Part shown: positions 28,720 through 38,015 of the stretch, piece after piece
Layout of the letters: each line of letters begins with the position of its first letter
Position numbering within the stretch: the stretch's first letter is position 1
From: Candidatus Methanosuratincola verstraetei
GTDB taxonomy: Archaea > Thermoproteota > Methanomethylicia > Methanomethylicales > Methanomethylicaceae
Length of the DNA stretch: 64,000 nucleotides
NCBI GenBank assembly: GCA_049570475.1
Contig: CP186953.1
Location: 1,159,658 to 1,223,657 of the forward strand
Direction: 5' to 3'
Translations under genes and position numbers: made by a program
The notes under the pieces: model-generated
Told to the model about the DNA's origin: nothing
The model's input: only the letters and a program-made list of their open reading frames with translations
Databases searched by the model: none

Positions 28720-29412
28720 ATGAGCAGGCAGGCTTTCGTTCTACCCACCATCGGGGTCGTGCTCTTAGCGTTCTTCTTCCTGATAATAATCCTTGCGCCC
28801 TTGATGATCTTGGGGCTGGTCGGGCAGGCGCTGAAGAATTACGGACTCGGGTGGGGCTCTTTCCTTACATTCCTCCTCCTCAGCCTCGCGGGCAGCTCGA
28901 TAAACATCCCCATCTGGCGGAGCAGGGTCGCATCCGCCGCGCCCACCGTCAGGTACGTCTACTTCTTCGGGATACCTTACCCTGTCCCCACAGTCGAGAG
29001 GAGGGTCCTCGAGAGCGTCCTCTCGATAAACCTTGGGGGGGCGATAATGCCGATCATCCTCTCCGCCTATCTCCTCTTGGCAAACCCCGGGGCCGCCGCC
29101 CCAGCCCTCGTCTCCACCGTTGTCGTTTCCTTGGTGGTCTACTTCATTGCGAAGCCTGTAAGCGGCGTAGGGATAGTCACGCCGATGTTCATCCCCCCTC
29201 TGGTCGCCGCGGTCTCTGCCCTGGCATTCGGGGGGCAGTATTCGGTGGTGGTTGCGTATGCTGGGGGCACGATAGGGACGCTGATTGGTGCGGACCTGCT
29301 CCACCTGAAAGACATAAGATCCATGGGGGCAGGGAACATGAGCATAGGCGGCGCAGGCACCTTCGACGGGATCTTCCTCACCGGGCTCCTCGCGGTGATG
29401 CTTGCATTCTGA
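28720..29412 (+). CDS. DUF1614-family integral membrane protein
   Basis: Hydrophobic helices together with GIPYPVPTVERRVLESVLSINLGGAIMPI. ATG at 28720 inside the longer listed ORF. Confidence 0.55.
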   Translation: MSRQAFVLPTIGVVLLAFFFLIIILAPLMILGLVGQALKNYGLGWGSFLTFLLLSLAGSSINIPIWRSRVASAAPTVRYVYFFGIPYPVPTVERRVLESVLSINLGGAIMPIILSAYLLLANPGAAAPALVSTVVVSLVVYFIAKPVSGVGIVTPMFIPPLVAAVSALAFGGQYSVVVAYAGGTIGTLIGADLLHLKDIRSMGAGNMSIGGAGTFDGIFLTGLLAVMLAF

Positions 29413-29422
29413 GGTTTTCGAG

Positions 29423-30109
29423 ATGAGAGTCGCAGCGCTATACTCAGGCGGCAAGGACAGCAACCTTGCAGCCTTGAGGGTAAAGTCGGATGGGCACGAT
29501 CTGGCTTGCCTCATCACTGCATCCCCGATCCGGGCGGACTCTTACATGTTCCACGTCCCAAATGTAGCTCTGGCGCGCCACCAGGCAGAGTGCATAGGAG
29601 TGCCATGGGTGGAAGTCAAAGTCTCGGGCATCAAGGAGCTGGAGGTCTTGGAGCTTGCAGAGGCGCTCCCCGGGATAGCCGAGGTTCACCGGATAGACGC
29701 GATCGTAACTGGCGCGATAGCGAGCAGGTACCAGAAGGAGAGGGTCGATGAGGTATGCAAGCGGGCTGGGCTGCTTCACCTCCATCCCCTTTGGGATCAG
29801 GACGAGGAGGCCCTGATCAGGGAGATGATCGGGCTCGGCTTCGAGATCTACTTCACCTCTGTCTCTGCAGAGGGCCTCGGCCCAGAGTGGCTGGGGAGGC
29901 GTTTGGATCATGATGCGCTCGAGGACCTGCTCCGCTTGCATTCAAAGCACGGGATCAATGTATCGGGGGAGGGCGGGGAGTACGAGACATTCGTCTGCGA
30001 CATGCCGCTTTTCAAAAGCAGGATAAGGATCACCTCCGCGATCAAGTCTTGGCAAAGGACCTCCGGATATGTCCAGATAACGGGGATTGAGCTGGTCAAA
30101 AAGCGTTAG
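29423..30109 (+). CDS. dph6: Diphthine--ammonia ligase (Dph6 / MJ0570-type PP-loop ATPase)
   Basis: Carries the PP-loop in MRVAALYSGGKDS and an EGGEYETFV motif. Confidence 0.8.
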   Translation: MRVAALYSGGKDSNLAALRVKSDGHDLACLITASPIRADSYMFHVPNVALARHQAECIGVPWVEVKVSGIKELEVLELAEALPGIAEVHRIDAIVTGAIASRYQKERVDEVCKRAGLLHLHPLWDQDEEALIREMIGLGFEIYFTSVSAEGLGPEWLGRRLDHDALEDLLRLHSKHGINVSGEGGEYETFVCDMPLFKSRIRITSAIKSWQRTSGYVQITGIELVKKR

Positions 30110-30123
30110 GATCGGCGAGAAAT

Positions 30124-30135
30124 ACCTTTTTAAAC
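30124..30135 (+). promoter_or_regulatory. TATA-like element (cctttttaaacc) upstream of pyrG
   Basis: Seen in sequence, about 45 nt before ATG. Confidence 0.35.
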
Positions 30136-30175
30136 CGACTGGGTGGAGATAATTGGTGTTTGTTGAGGCGTCCAT

Positions 30176-31792
30176 ATGGTAAAGTTCGTGTTCATCACCG
30201 GCGGCGTCCTGAGCAGCGTCGGTAAGGGCATAACGACCTCCTCGATAGGAAAGATGCTGCAGGCGAGAGGGTATTCGGTCTCGGCAATGAAGATCGACCC
30301 ATATGTCAACGTAGACGCTGGGACAATGAACCCTTTCATGCACGGGGAGGTATTCGTGACCGAGGATGGGGGGGAGACCGACCTCGACCTCGGGCACTAC
30401 GAGAGGTTCCTTGACATAAACCTCTCTAAGCTCAGCAACATCACGACAGGCAAAGTCTACGCTGCAGTGATAGAGAAGGAGCGGAAGGGGGAGTACCTCG
30501 GTCAGTGCGTGCAGATAATCCCCCACGTGACCGACGAGATCAAGGGCGCCATCAGGTCGGCCGCCAAATCCTCCGGTGCAGACGTCTTCCTGGTCGAGAT
30601 AGGCGGGACCATAGGGGACATCGAGGGGCTCCCGTTCCTGGAGGCTGTCAGGCAGATGCGGCTAGAGGAGGATCCAGGCGACACGCTCTTCGTCCATGTC
30701 GCGCTCGTGCCGATCCTCAACTCAACGAACGAGCAGAAGAGCAAGCCCTGCCAGCACAGCGTCCAGGAGATGAGGCGGATAGGCATCCAGCCTGACATCA
30801 TTGTGGCTAGGTGCAGGGTCCCCTTGGACAATGACGTCAGGCGGAAGATAGCGCTCTTCGGCAGCGTTCCCATCGAGGCCGTCTTCACATCCTATGATGC
30901 TGAATGCCTCTACCAGATCCCGATGAACCTCGACGAGCAGGGCATGGGCGAGTACATCGTAAAGAAACTGGCGCTCAACGGCAGGACCCCTGACTGGGCG
31001 CCGTGGATCTCCATAGTGGACGAGTTCATGAAGGCCTCGACCCCACTGAAGATTGCCATGTGCGGGAAGTACACGAAGCTTTCCGACTCGTATGTTAGCA
31101 TAACCGAGGCCCTGAAGCACGCTGGAGCCAAAGTCGGCTGCCGTGTATCTACGGATTGGGTCGAGACGACCCAGTTTGAGAAGGATCCTTCGAAGGTTGA
31201 GCAGCTCGGCGGATACGATGGCATCATGATACTCCCTGGCTTCGGGTCGAGGGGGACGGAGGGGAAGATACGCGCCGTGCACTATGCCCGCGTGAACAAG
31301 AAGCCGCTCCTCGGGATCTGCTACGGCTTCCAGCTCGCAGTTGTCGAGTATGCAAGGAATGTTCTCGGTCTCGAGGGCGCGAATACCACCGAGGTTGACC
31401 CGAAGACCCCCCACCCTGTGATCGATCTCCTGCCTGAGCAGAAGCAGCTCCAAATGCTAGGGGGGACGATGCGGCTGGGATCCTACAGGATACTCGTGGA
31501 GCCCGGGACAATGGTCCACCGCCTGTACAACTCAGATGTTGTCGTCGAGAGGCACCGGCACAGGTACGAGGTCAACCCGAAGTACTGGGGGCCTCTCAGC
31601 GAGAGCGGCATGGTCTTCAGCGGCTGGTCCGAGGACAGGAGGAGGGTGGAGTTCCTAGAGCTGCCCGATCACCCGTTCTTCCTTGGCACCCAGTCTCACC
31701 CAGAGTTCAGGTCCAGGCCGGGCAGGCCATCCATGCCGTATCTGGGGTTCGTAAGCGCTGCCGCAGGGAAGCCTGCCTGTCGATCAGCCTGA
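30176..31792 (+). CDS. pyrG: CTP synthase
   Basis: Begins MVKFVFITGGVLSSVGKG and has a C-terminal GATase with GICYGFQ. Confidence 0.9.
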   Translation: MVKFVFITGGVLSSVGKGITTSSIGKMLQARGYSVSAMKIDPYVNVDAGTMNPFMHGEVFVTEDGGETDLDLGHYERFLDINLSKLSNITTGKVYAAVIEKERKGEYLGQCVQIIPHVTDEIKGAIRSAAKSSGADVFLVEIGGTIGDIEGLPFLEAVRQMRLEEDPGDTLFVHVALVPILNSTNEQKSKPCQHSVQEMRRIGIQPDIIVARCRVPLDNDVRRKIALFGSVPIEAVFTSYDAECLYQIPMNLDEQGMGEYIVKKLALNGRTPDWAPWISIVDEFMKASTPLKIAMCGKYTKLSDSYVSITEALKHAGAKVGCRVSTDWVETTQFEKDPSKVEQLGGYDGIMILPGFGSRGTEGKIRAVHYARVNKKPLLGICYGFQLAVVEYARNVLGLEGANTTEVDPKTPHPVIDLLPEQKQLQMLGGTMRLGSYRILVEPGTMVHRLYNSDVVVERHRHRYEVNPKYWGPLSESGMVFSGWSEDRRRVEFLELPDHPFFLGTQSHPEFRSRPGRPSMPYLGFVSAAAGKPACRSA

Positions 31793-32386
31793 TCTCCATT
31801 GGCTGACGGATCAGCGGTGATAAAACAAGTATTAGGAATTTTCCTGCCTATTTAAGTAAGCAGGTGATGGGATTGAAGAATTAAGGAAATAAGACCCAAG
31901 TTTAGAACTTGAACCTAATCTCCTTAACGTCAGTGCTGCAGACCTTCTTCACTCCTCTTATCCCCGGCTTGTAGGAGGTCTTGACAAGGCCCACTTCCTC
32001 GAGTATCCTCATCTGTGCGCTGGCATTCGCCTTGCTCTGCTTTATCAGCTCTGCGATCTCTTGCATGTCGACCTCCCTGGACTTTATGAAGTTGAGTATC
32101 TGTATCCTTGTCGGGGATGAGAGAGCCATTGCAACCTTGGCGATGTTTTCCCCTTCCACAGTCATTATGTTTCCTTCATTTTCTGTTTTTTCAATTACTC
32201 CGATCATACTTAACACCTTTTTTATTCTCAAATAATATGCGAAAGAGTCTATCTTTTAAATGTTTCGTCACAGTGATTAGGGGCAATTATAAAATATGAA
32301 AAACTACAACGACAAATTTTAATAAGCGTCAGGTTCTCGTATACACTCGGTTACATTGTAATATATATGCTTTTAGTTGATCCGTT
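31793..32386. other. AT-rich island (about 35-48% GC versus about 62% window average) containing the ArsR-family gene and a 155-nt about 30% GC divergent intergenic region
   Basis: Compositional shift visible by eye; multiple TATA-like elements (ggcaattataaaatatg, cattgtaatatatatgc). Confidence 0.6.
31902..32231 (-). CDS. ArsR/SmtB-family HTH transcriptional regulator, located in AT-rich island
   Basis: Reads LSSPTRIQILNFIKSREVDMQEIAELIKQSKANASAQMRILEEVGLV. About 48% GC versus about 62% in flanking DNA. Confidence 0.7.
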   Translation of the reverse strand: MRIKKVLSMIGVIEKTENEGNIMTVEGENIAKVAMALSSPTRIQILNFIKSREVDMQEIAELIKQSKANASAQMRILEEVGLVKTSYKPGIRGVKKVCSTDVKEIRFKF

Positions 32387-34375
32387 ATGATTAAGTACTC
32401 GAAAGTCATTGGCATCGACCGCCACCCATCCGGGAAGGGCTTTTCCGCAGTGATCATGCGCGGCGGCGAGGTCCTGCTCAGGCGCGAGCTTATGAGTCCG
32501 GATGAGGTGACAAAGGCAGCCCTCGATTTTGAGGTCGATGCTGTGGCTGTTGACAACATCTACGAGATCGGCGACGAGGGCGAGATCAGGCGCTTTGCCG
32601 GTAAATTGCTGAAGGCCGAACTCGTCCAAGTGACCGGATCCCCGAAGGAGGGTTTCCTACCCCTCTCGGCAGTAGGCAAGCGGATAGGCTTCTCGGACGG
32701 GGAAAAGCTGAACCCCCTCAAATCTGCAGAAGCATGTGCCAGGGCGGCAGCCGCAGGGATCGGCTTCGCCGTGAGGGTTTATGGACCGGAGACGAGGATA
32801 ACCATATCGAGGAAGCGCCGGTACGGGCCAGGCGGCATGAGCTCAGAGCGGTACAGGCGGAGCGTCGAGGGGGCCGTCCAGAGCCTTGTTGAAGGGGTCA
32901 AGTCTGCCCTTGAGTCCAAGGGGATTGAGTTCGACCTCGCGATTAAAAAAGGGGCGCACGGGGTCGTCGGCGCCTCCTTCACGGTGTATTCCCCGAGGAA
33001 CCAGCTATTCGGTATAGTCCGCCAGATCAGGACCTCGAGCGTGAATGTTAAAATAACCCCGCTTTACACAAAGTCATTTGAGTATATGCCCTTGCTTGAG
33101 GAGAGCAGGAGAGAGGCAGTCAAAAGATACCTGATCGTGGGCGTCGACCCTGGCATGGTCACTGGGGTCGCCGTGATGGATCTGAACGGTCGGGTACTCC
33201 GCCTCATGAGCGGGAGGGGAATGACGAGGGGGCAGATAGCGAGGAGCCTTGCCTCGCTGGGTAGGGCTCTAGTCTTTGCAAGCGACGTCTCTCCGCCTCC
33301 TGACATGGTCACGAAGCTCGCGGCGGTGCACAGCGCAATGGTCTTCTCCCCCGACCGCCCGATGCGGACCTCTGAGAAGTCCGAGATTGCTGGGATCCTC
33401 TCCGACGAGCAGGGGATAGTTGTTGAGGACGCGCACCAGAGGGACTCACTCGCCGCGGCCTTCAAGGCATTCTCCTCATTCAGGAACAAGCTTGAGCAGT
33501 GCGCCTCGCATGCGCGCGCAAGCAGCGATCAGGTGGACCTTGAAGAGGTGAAGGCGCTTGTGATCAGGGGGATCAGCATAAGCGACGCCATTTCCAGGAG
33601 CCGGTCGCCCAATCCTGTGCGGCCGGCCGCCAAGAAGGCGAGGGCGAGCGGGGAGCGCGAGAGGATAAGGATCCTCGAGTCGAAGTTCGAGGATCTCCGC
33701 ACTGAGAGGGATGCGCTGATAGAAAAGATCCGGCAGCTGTCCTCAAGGATAGAAGAGCTCGAGGATGAGATGCGGCTCACGCGCCTCGAGTACAGGCAGC
33801 CCCGGGCTTTGGAGAGCTACGAGCTCGAAAGGAGGATCAAGTCACTTCTAGACGAGACAACCCGGCTCAGGGCAGAGGTGGACTCGCTCAAGTCCGAGCG
33901 GCAGCGGCTGAGGTCTGCGATCTGCACGATAGCCGAGGGGCGATCAATCCCCGTAAGGCGGGCAAGGAGGATCGCCGAGGCGGTGCCGCCGCCGGAAGAG
34001 GTCGGCGGGCGAGCCTTGATCTACCTTGAATCCATATCTCCGGCGGAAGGCGATCTCGAATCGGCTTTCAAGCCTTTCGGCAACGTGTTCCTGATCCTCG
34101 ACGATCAGCCCAGCGCAGGCGTGCAATCAAGGCTTTGGGAATTGGGGGTGCCCTTTGCGGTCAGGGGCAAGAATGACGGCTTTGTTGTAGACGAAACGCT
34201 GGTGATCGAAAGGGAGTCCCTCGAGAAGATGATCCGCGAGGGGTGCTCCGCCATGGAAGGTGGTATGAAGTCGCGCCCGGACAGGATCAGGGCCCTCTTT
34301 GAGGAGTACAAGAAAGAAAGGATGAAGGAAACCCTCAGAAGAGGGTCACTCTCTTCTCAAGAATTGCCTCTGTGA
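32387..34375 (+). CDS. DUF460/COG2433 protein: two RNase-H-fold (YqgF/RuvC-like) domains plus C-terminal coiled coil
   Basis: Has VIGIDRHPSGKG and IVGVDPGMVTGVAVMD motifs and an Arg/Glu-rich coiled-coil segment. Confidence 0.7.
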   Translation: MIKYSKVIGIDRHPSGKGFSAVIMRGGEVLLRRELMSPDEVTKAALDFEVDAVAVDNIYEIGDEGEIRRFAGKLLKAELVQVTGSPKEGFLPLSAVGKRIGFSDGEKLNPLKSAEACARAAAAGIGFAVRVYGPETRITISRKRRYGPGGMSSERYRRSVEGAVQSLVEGVKSALESKGIEFDLAIKKGAHGVVGASFTVYSPRNQLFGIVRQIRTSSVNVKITPLYTKSFEYMPLLEESRREAVKRYLIVGVDPGMVTGVAVMDLNGRVLRLMSGRGMTRGQIARSLASLGRALVFASDVSPPPDMVTKLAAVHSAMVFSPDRPMRTSEKSEIAGILSDEQGIVVEDAHQRDSLAAAFKAFSSFRNKLEQCASHARASSDQVDLEEVKALVIRGISISDAISRSRSPNPVRPAAKKARASGERERIRILESKFEDLRTERDALIEKIRQLSSRIEELEDEMRLTRLEYRQPRALESYELERRIKSLLDETTRLRAEVDSLKSERQRLRSAICTIAEGRSIPVRRARRIAEAVPPPEEVGGRALIYLESISPAEGDLESAFKPFGNVFLILDDQPSAGVQSRLWELGVPFAVRGKNDGFVVDETLVIERESLEKMIREGCSAMEGGMKSRPDRIRALFEEYKKERMKETLRRGSLSSQELPL

Positions 34376-35552
34376 TCTCGGCTATCGAGTCAAGGGAGTT
34401 CTCAACGATCCCCCTGATCTCGCCCTGTATGTTGCTCGTCACTAGGGATCCCCTCTCCATAACTAGCTGCACATTGGCCATGTGGGGGTCGTCTATTGCC
34501 CTGCCGATCTGGCTGACTATCTTGACGTATGCCTCATCCACCCCCTTTATCTCGGCTATCTTCTCGGCTATCCTCCCAGCCAGCACGTTGTAAATCTTAC
34601 CCACGTGGCTCACCGGATTCTTGCCGGCTGCAGCCTCCAGCGACATTGGCCTCTGTGGCGTGATAAGCCCGTTGGCCCTGTTCCCCCTCCCTGTCTCGCC
34701 GTCGTCCCCCATCTCGGCGCTGGTCCCTGTCACCGTGAGGTAGACTATCCCCTTCTCAGGCAAATCAGCGTTGTTCAGGAAGACCTCTACAGGCGTGTCG
34801 CATTTCCTGGCGATGAAGTCCTCGACCGCTGACTTCAGCTCCTCCTTGACAGACAGGTAGTGGGATAGATCAGGCACATTCTTCGAGATCGTGGCTGCCG
34901 CTATGGTTATCTTGATCTCTCTCCCGGTCCTCAGCCCCATTACCTTGACGTCCTCCCCAACCTCGGGGAACCTCTTTTTCGTCTCCGGGCTGTTGATGAA
35001 CCTCTCAGTGTCGAATACAAGCCTCTCGAGCGTGTCCAAGGGCGCGTAACCGACGCCGAAGGAGGTGTCGTTCGAGCATATCTTTCCATACCTCGTGTTG
35101 AAGTTGCATACCAGGTCAGCCGACCCCTTTCCTATCTTGTGGTCGATTATCACATGGTGGTCAACGTCAAGGTGGGGGAGATTGTTCCTGATCCAGTTCT
35201 TTGCTGCCTGGAGGGCTATCCTACCCACCGGGATGTACTCCACCCCGCCGTTGGTGTTCACCTCGCTGGTCGCCCTTCCTGACATTATTATGAAAATCGG
35301 GGTGATCACCTCGCCTCCCCCGAACTTGGGGTTCGCCTGCCCCCCCACAAGGAGCACCTTGTCGACGTTGTGGTGAAGTATTGTGCCGAACCTTTTCTGG
35401 TACTCCTTGCAAAGCTCGAGGCTGAACTCCTCCGACAGGCTGTCTGCGATGTAGTCGGGGTGCCCGAGGCCCTTCCTCTCTACGAACTCGACGCTGTGCG
35501 ACTCGACCGGCTGCTGCTGGAGCGCTTCTACAACAATGTTCCTAGGACTCAA
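34335..35552 (-). CDS. metK: S-adenosylmethionine synthetase, archaeal type
   Basis: Contains [11 protein letters not shown] and [27 protein letters not shown]. The 3' end overlaps the convergent DUF460 gene by 41 nt. Confidence 0.9.
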   Translation of the reverse strand: MSPRNIVVEALQQQPVESHSVEFVERKGLGHPDYIADSLSEEFSLELCKEYQKRFGTILHHNVDKVLLVGGQANPKFGGGEVITPIFIIMSGRATSEVNTNGGVEYIPVGRIALQAAKNWIRNNLPHLDVDHHVIIDHKIGKGSADLVCNFNTRYGKICSNDTSFGVGYAPLDTLERLVFDTERFINSPETKKRFPEVGEDVKVMGLRTGREIKITIAAATISKNVPDLSHYLSVKEELKSAVEDFIARKCDTPVEVFLNNADLPEKGIVYLTVTGTSAEMGDDGETGRGNRANGLITPQRPMSLEAAAGKNPVSHVGKIYNVLAGRIAEKIAEIKGVDEAYVKIVSQIGRAIDDPHMANVQLVMERGSLVTSNIQGEIRGIVENSLDSIAEITEAILEKRVTLF

Positions 35553-35693
35553 ATATAGCCCTCCACCATCACTTTAAAGGTTAGCATATCCCACTTCCTA
35601 ATATTGCTTTCTAGTATGACTTTTCGATTGTCGAATAACCCCGGATAATTTTTCTGGATCTAGGCTGGCGGTCTGGCAAATGCGCTTGGGTTT

Positions 35694-36191
35694 TTACAGG
35701 GGCGGCTGCGGGATCTGCCCCTTGATCACCCTCATAAGCTCTTCCGGCCTCTTGGTGGAGAAGGCGAACTCGTCATACTTGGCGCCCTTCACCTTCAGAA
35801 CGAGTCGAGGGGCGCTAGTTATGTTGTAGACAAGCCTTGTCTTTCCATCCACCCTACCTCCCCTTATCCCGAATCCGCCGTACCTGAGCGATGAAGCCTG
35901 GTCCAAATAGCAGTCCTCGATCTGATCCCATCTGAAAGAAGTCCTGATCCTCCCGAACGCCACTGATATCCCGTCGAAGGTCGCCTTGATCGAGAGCCTG
36001 CTGAAGTTAAGCGCGATCCCCATGCCTGCCGCTGCGACTATTGCGATCACAACCAGTGCAATCGGATCCTCGCTCGGGTCGTTCACGTAAGCGAATGTTG
36101 TCACCCCTGCCGCGAAGCACAACACACCCAAGACCAGCGCTATGATCAGCCTCCATGTTATGGTCTCCTCATAGAGGATGACTGATGACAT
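35694..36191 (-). CDS. Hypothetical membrane protein (two N-terminal TM helices + PH-like domain)
   Basis: Hydrophobic N-terminus; no defined motif. Confidence 0.4.
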   Translation of the reverse strand: MSSVILYEETITWRLIIALVLGVLCFAAGVTTFAYVNDPSEDPIALVVIAIVAAAGMGIALNFSRLSIKATFDGISVAFGRIRTSFRWDQIEDCYLDQASSLRYGGFGIRGGRVDGKTRLVYNITSAPRLVLKVKGAKYDEFAFSTKRPEELMRVIKGQIPQPPL

Positions 36192-36246
36192 GGACCGCTG
36201 GCCTCCTCTTAAGGGTGCGTGCTTTGTCTACGCTGGATGGCTCCAC

Positions 36247-36483
36247 TCATTGGGGTCTCGAGGTCTTGATGTAGAGTATGTTGTTGCCCCTCACCAGGAT
36301 CTTGCCGTACTTTGCTATCGGCTCGCTGGAATCGTCAGAAGCCTCAACCGCATCACTCATTATGAGGTTCATTGTTGGGTCGTACTTCTCCAGGATCCCG
36401 ACGTATTCGTGCCCATCCTTCAGCTTGACAAGGATCTGGCTATGCAGGGACTTGTTGAGCAACCTTATCGGCTCGCTAGGCAT
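36247..36483 (-). CDS. Sm-like archaeal protein (SmAP/LSm)
   Basis: Shows the Sm1/Sm2 fold signature KDGHEYVGILEKYDPTMNLIMSDAVE...ILVRGNNILYI. Confidence 0.85.
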   Translation of the reverse strand: MPSEPIRLLNKSLHSQILVKLKDGHEYVGILEKYDPTMNLIMSDAVEASDDSSEPIAKYGKILVRGNNILYIKTSRPQ

Positions 36484-36563
36484 TTTATCGATACACCAAC
36501 TTACCGTGAATAGGGCTCGTTATAAAAACCTTTTCTGTGCAGGACCTGCGGATGATCCGTCGA

Positions 36564-37139
36564 TCAATCTTCCCTGAATCCCGTGATGAAGATGTCTTTC
36601 AACGTTTCTGATGCATGGACCGCTGCCCTGATTCCCGCCGCCAGCGGGGGTTCTATCCCTGCCCTTTTCAAATAGCTTATCCCAATAGCACCGCCTGCCT
36701 TAGTGATCCTCCTGATCTCACTGATTGCCCGTTCCGGGTTCTCCGCCAGCTGGATCACGCTCACAGAGAATGCCGCATCCGCAACACCATCCTTGAAAGG
36801 CATGTTCTCCACATCCCCCAAGACTAAGTCGGCCTCAATCCCCTTCCGCTTCGCCTCGCGCAGCATGCCAATTGAGCTGTCGATGCCGACCAGCCATGCC
36901 TTGGCCCTTTCTGAGACTGACTCGAGAAGGAGTCCTGTGCCGCACCCTGCGTCTATGACTGTGTCGCCGTCTCTCAGCCTGACCCTGTTGAGGAGGAACC
37001 CTATCTTCAGCTGCTGCTCCTCCCTGTACCTCATGTCGTATATACCAGCAGTTGCGTTGTAATCCTCAGCGATCCTTGTCTTCAATGTGGACGCCCGGAT
37101 CAAACTTGAAAATCGGTCTGATAAATTATTGCCCGCCAT
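36564..37139 (-). CDS. Class I SAM-dependent methyltransferase
   Basis: Carries motif I VIDAGCGTGLL. Confidence 0.75.
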   Translation of the reverse strand: MAGNNLSDRFSSLIRASTLKTRIAEDYNATAGIYDMRYREEQQLKIGFLLNRVRLRDGDTVIDAGCGTGLLLESVSERAKAWLVGIDSSIGMLREAKRKGIEADLVLGDVENMPFKDGVADAAFSVSVIQLAENPERAISEIRRITKAGGAIGISYLKRAGIEPPLAAGIRAAVHASETLKDIFITGFRED

Positions 37140-37160
37140 CGCTTCCAGAGGCGGATCTTC

Positions 37161-37465
37161 TTGGCTGAAGCCGTTCCCAAATCCGAAAAAACCGTCCCTG
37201 CGGGCACAGTGCTAGTCGGTAAGAAGTCGGTGATGAGCTATGCAATGGCTGCACTGATGGAGCTGACGGAGTCCGGGTCGGTGACGGTCAAGGCAAGGGG
37301 AGGGCGATCTCCCGCGCGGTGGACGTCGCTGAGATCGTCTCGAAGCGTTTCCTTGGTGGCGATGCCGTGGTCAAGAGCGTTACGATCGGCACTGCGATCG
37401 TTGGCGATCCCCATAAGAACGTCTCTACCATAGACATCAAGATATCGAGGAAGCCTGCCAGCTGA
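37161..37465 (+). pseudogene. albA: DNA/RNA-binding protein Alba with -1 frameshift in a G-run (37297-37304)
   Basis: Frame A gives ...[32 protein letters not shown]. The +2 frame continues [54 protein letters not shown]. One extra base in ggggaggg would fuse them. Confidence 0.75.
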
Positions 37466-37490
37466 GAAGCATCCCGCAGTCTTGTGATAC

Positions 37491-37518
37491 CCTTCTCTTT
37501 CTCTTTCTTTTTCTGTTC
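37491..37518 (+). terminator. Polypyrimidine/T-rich tract (ccttctctttctctttctttttctgttc) after alba
   Basis: Seen in sequence. Confidence 0.4.
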
Positions 37519-37581
37519 AAGTCATGATTCTAGGCATTCCCCATCAAGATCAGGATTCGGAATCGGGGAGGATCTTCCTCG

Positions 37582-37860
37582 CTAGCCACCAGCGACCGGA
37601 GGGAAGAAAGAGACAACATCCCCATCATTCAGCCCTGTTTCGAGCCCCCTAAGCCCCCTGACGTCCCTGCCGTTCACGAGGACCTTCACTAGGTCTTTCA
37701 GCTTCCCCCCCTCAAGAACATTTTTCATCAGCGCCCCGCCTGTCCGTGCGTCTAATTCCTCTATGAGGTCGAGCAGCGTGCTCCCTGCGATCTCCAGTTC
37801 CATCGCTGGGCAGCCTACTTTCTCCCTCAGATCGGCGAAGAACTCAGCCTTCACTTTCAT
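37582..37860 (-). CDS. moaD: MoaD/ThiS-family ubiquitin-like small protein (SAMP/MoaD), C-terminal diglycine
   Basis: Reads MKVKAEFFADL...VLVNGRDV...NDGDVVSFFPPVAGG*. The listed ORF N-terminal extension (GRKGRK) is translation of the SSR. Confidence 0.75.
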   Translation of the reverse strand: MKVKAEFFADLREKVGCPAMELEIAGSTLLDLIEELDARTGGALMKNVLEGGKLKDLVKVLVNGRDVRGLRGLETGLNDGDVVSFFPPVAGG

Positions 37861-37885
37861 ACGCAACACCGATGAGGATTCTGAA

Positions 37886-37930
37886 TCCTTTCTTCCTTTC
37901 CTTCCTTTCCTTCCTCTTCCCTTCCTTCCT
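37886..37930 (+). repeat. Polypyrimidine simple-sequence tract (CCTT/TCCTT)n, 45 nt, in moaD/aor divergent intergenic region
   Basis: tcctttcttcctttccttcctttccttcctcttcccttccttcct contains no purine. Confidence 0.85.
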
Positions 37931-37953
37931 ATCAAATCCAACCGGAAGCAGGA

Positions 37954-37963
37954 AAGATATAAG
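37954..37963 (+). promoter_or_regulatory. TATA-like element (aagatataag) about 55 nt upstream of aor-hps ATG; GGAGGA RBS at 37991-37996
   Basis: Seen in sequence; archaeal BRE/TATA consensus loosely matched. Confidence 0.35.
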
Positions 37964-38015
37964 TGTGCCCCCAATTCTCTCCTGTCATCAGGAGGATCAC
38001 CGCTTGGGCGGTTAC

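Noticed and set aside
32263-32283. Replication origin (ORB element) in the AT-rich intergenic region
   Set aside because: Only one weak ORB-like dyad is present, with no repeated ORBs and no orc1/cdc6 gene nearby. It is insufficient to call oriC.
37872-38015. N-terminal extension of the AOR ORF (MRILNPFFLSFLSFLFPSFLS…) and the MoaD extension (…GRKGRGRKGRKGRK…)
   Set aside because: Both are translations of the (CCTT)n intergenic microsatellite on opposite strands. The real starts are the ATG at 38016 (GGAGGA upstream) and the ATG at 37860.
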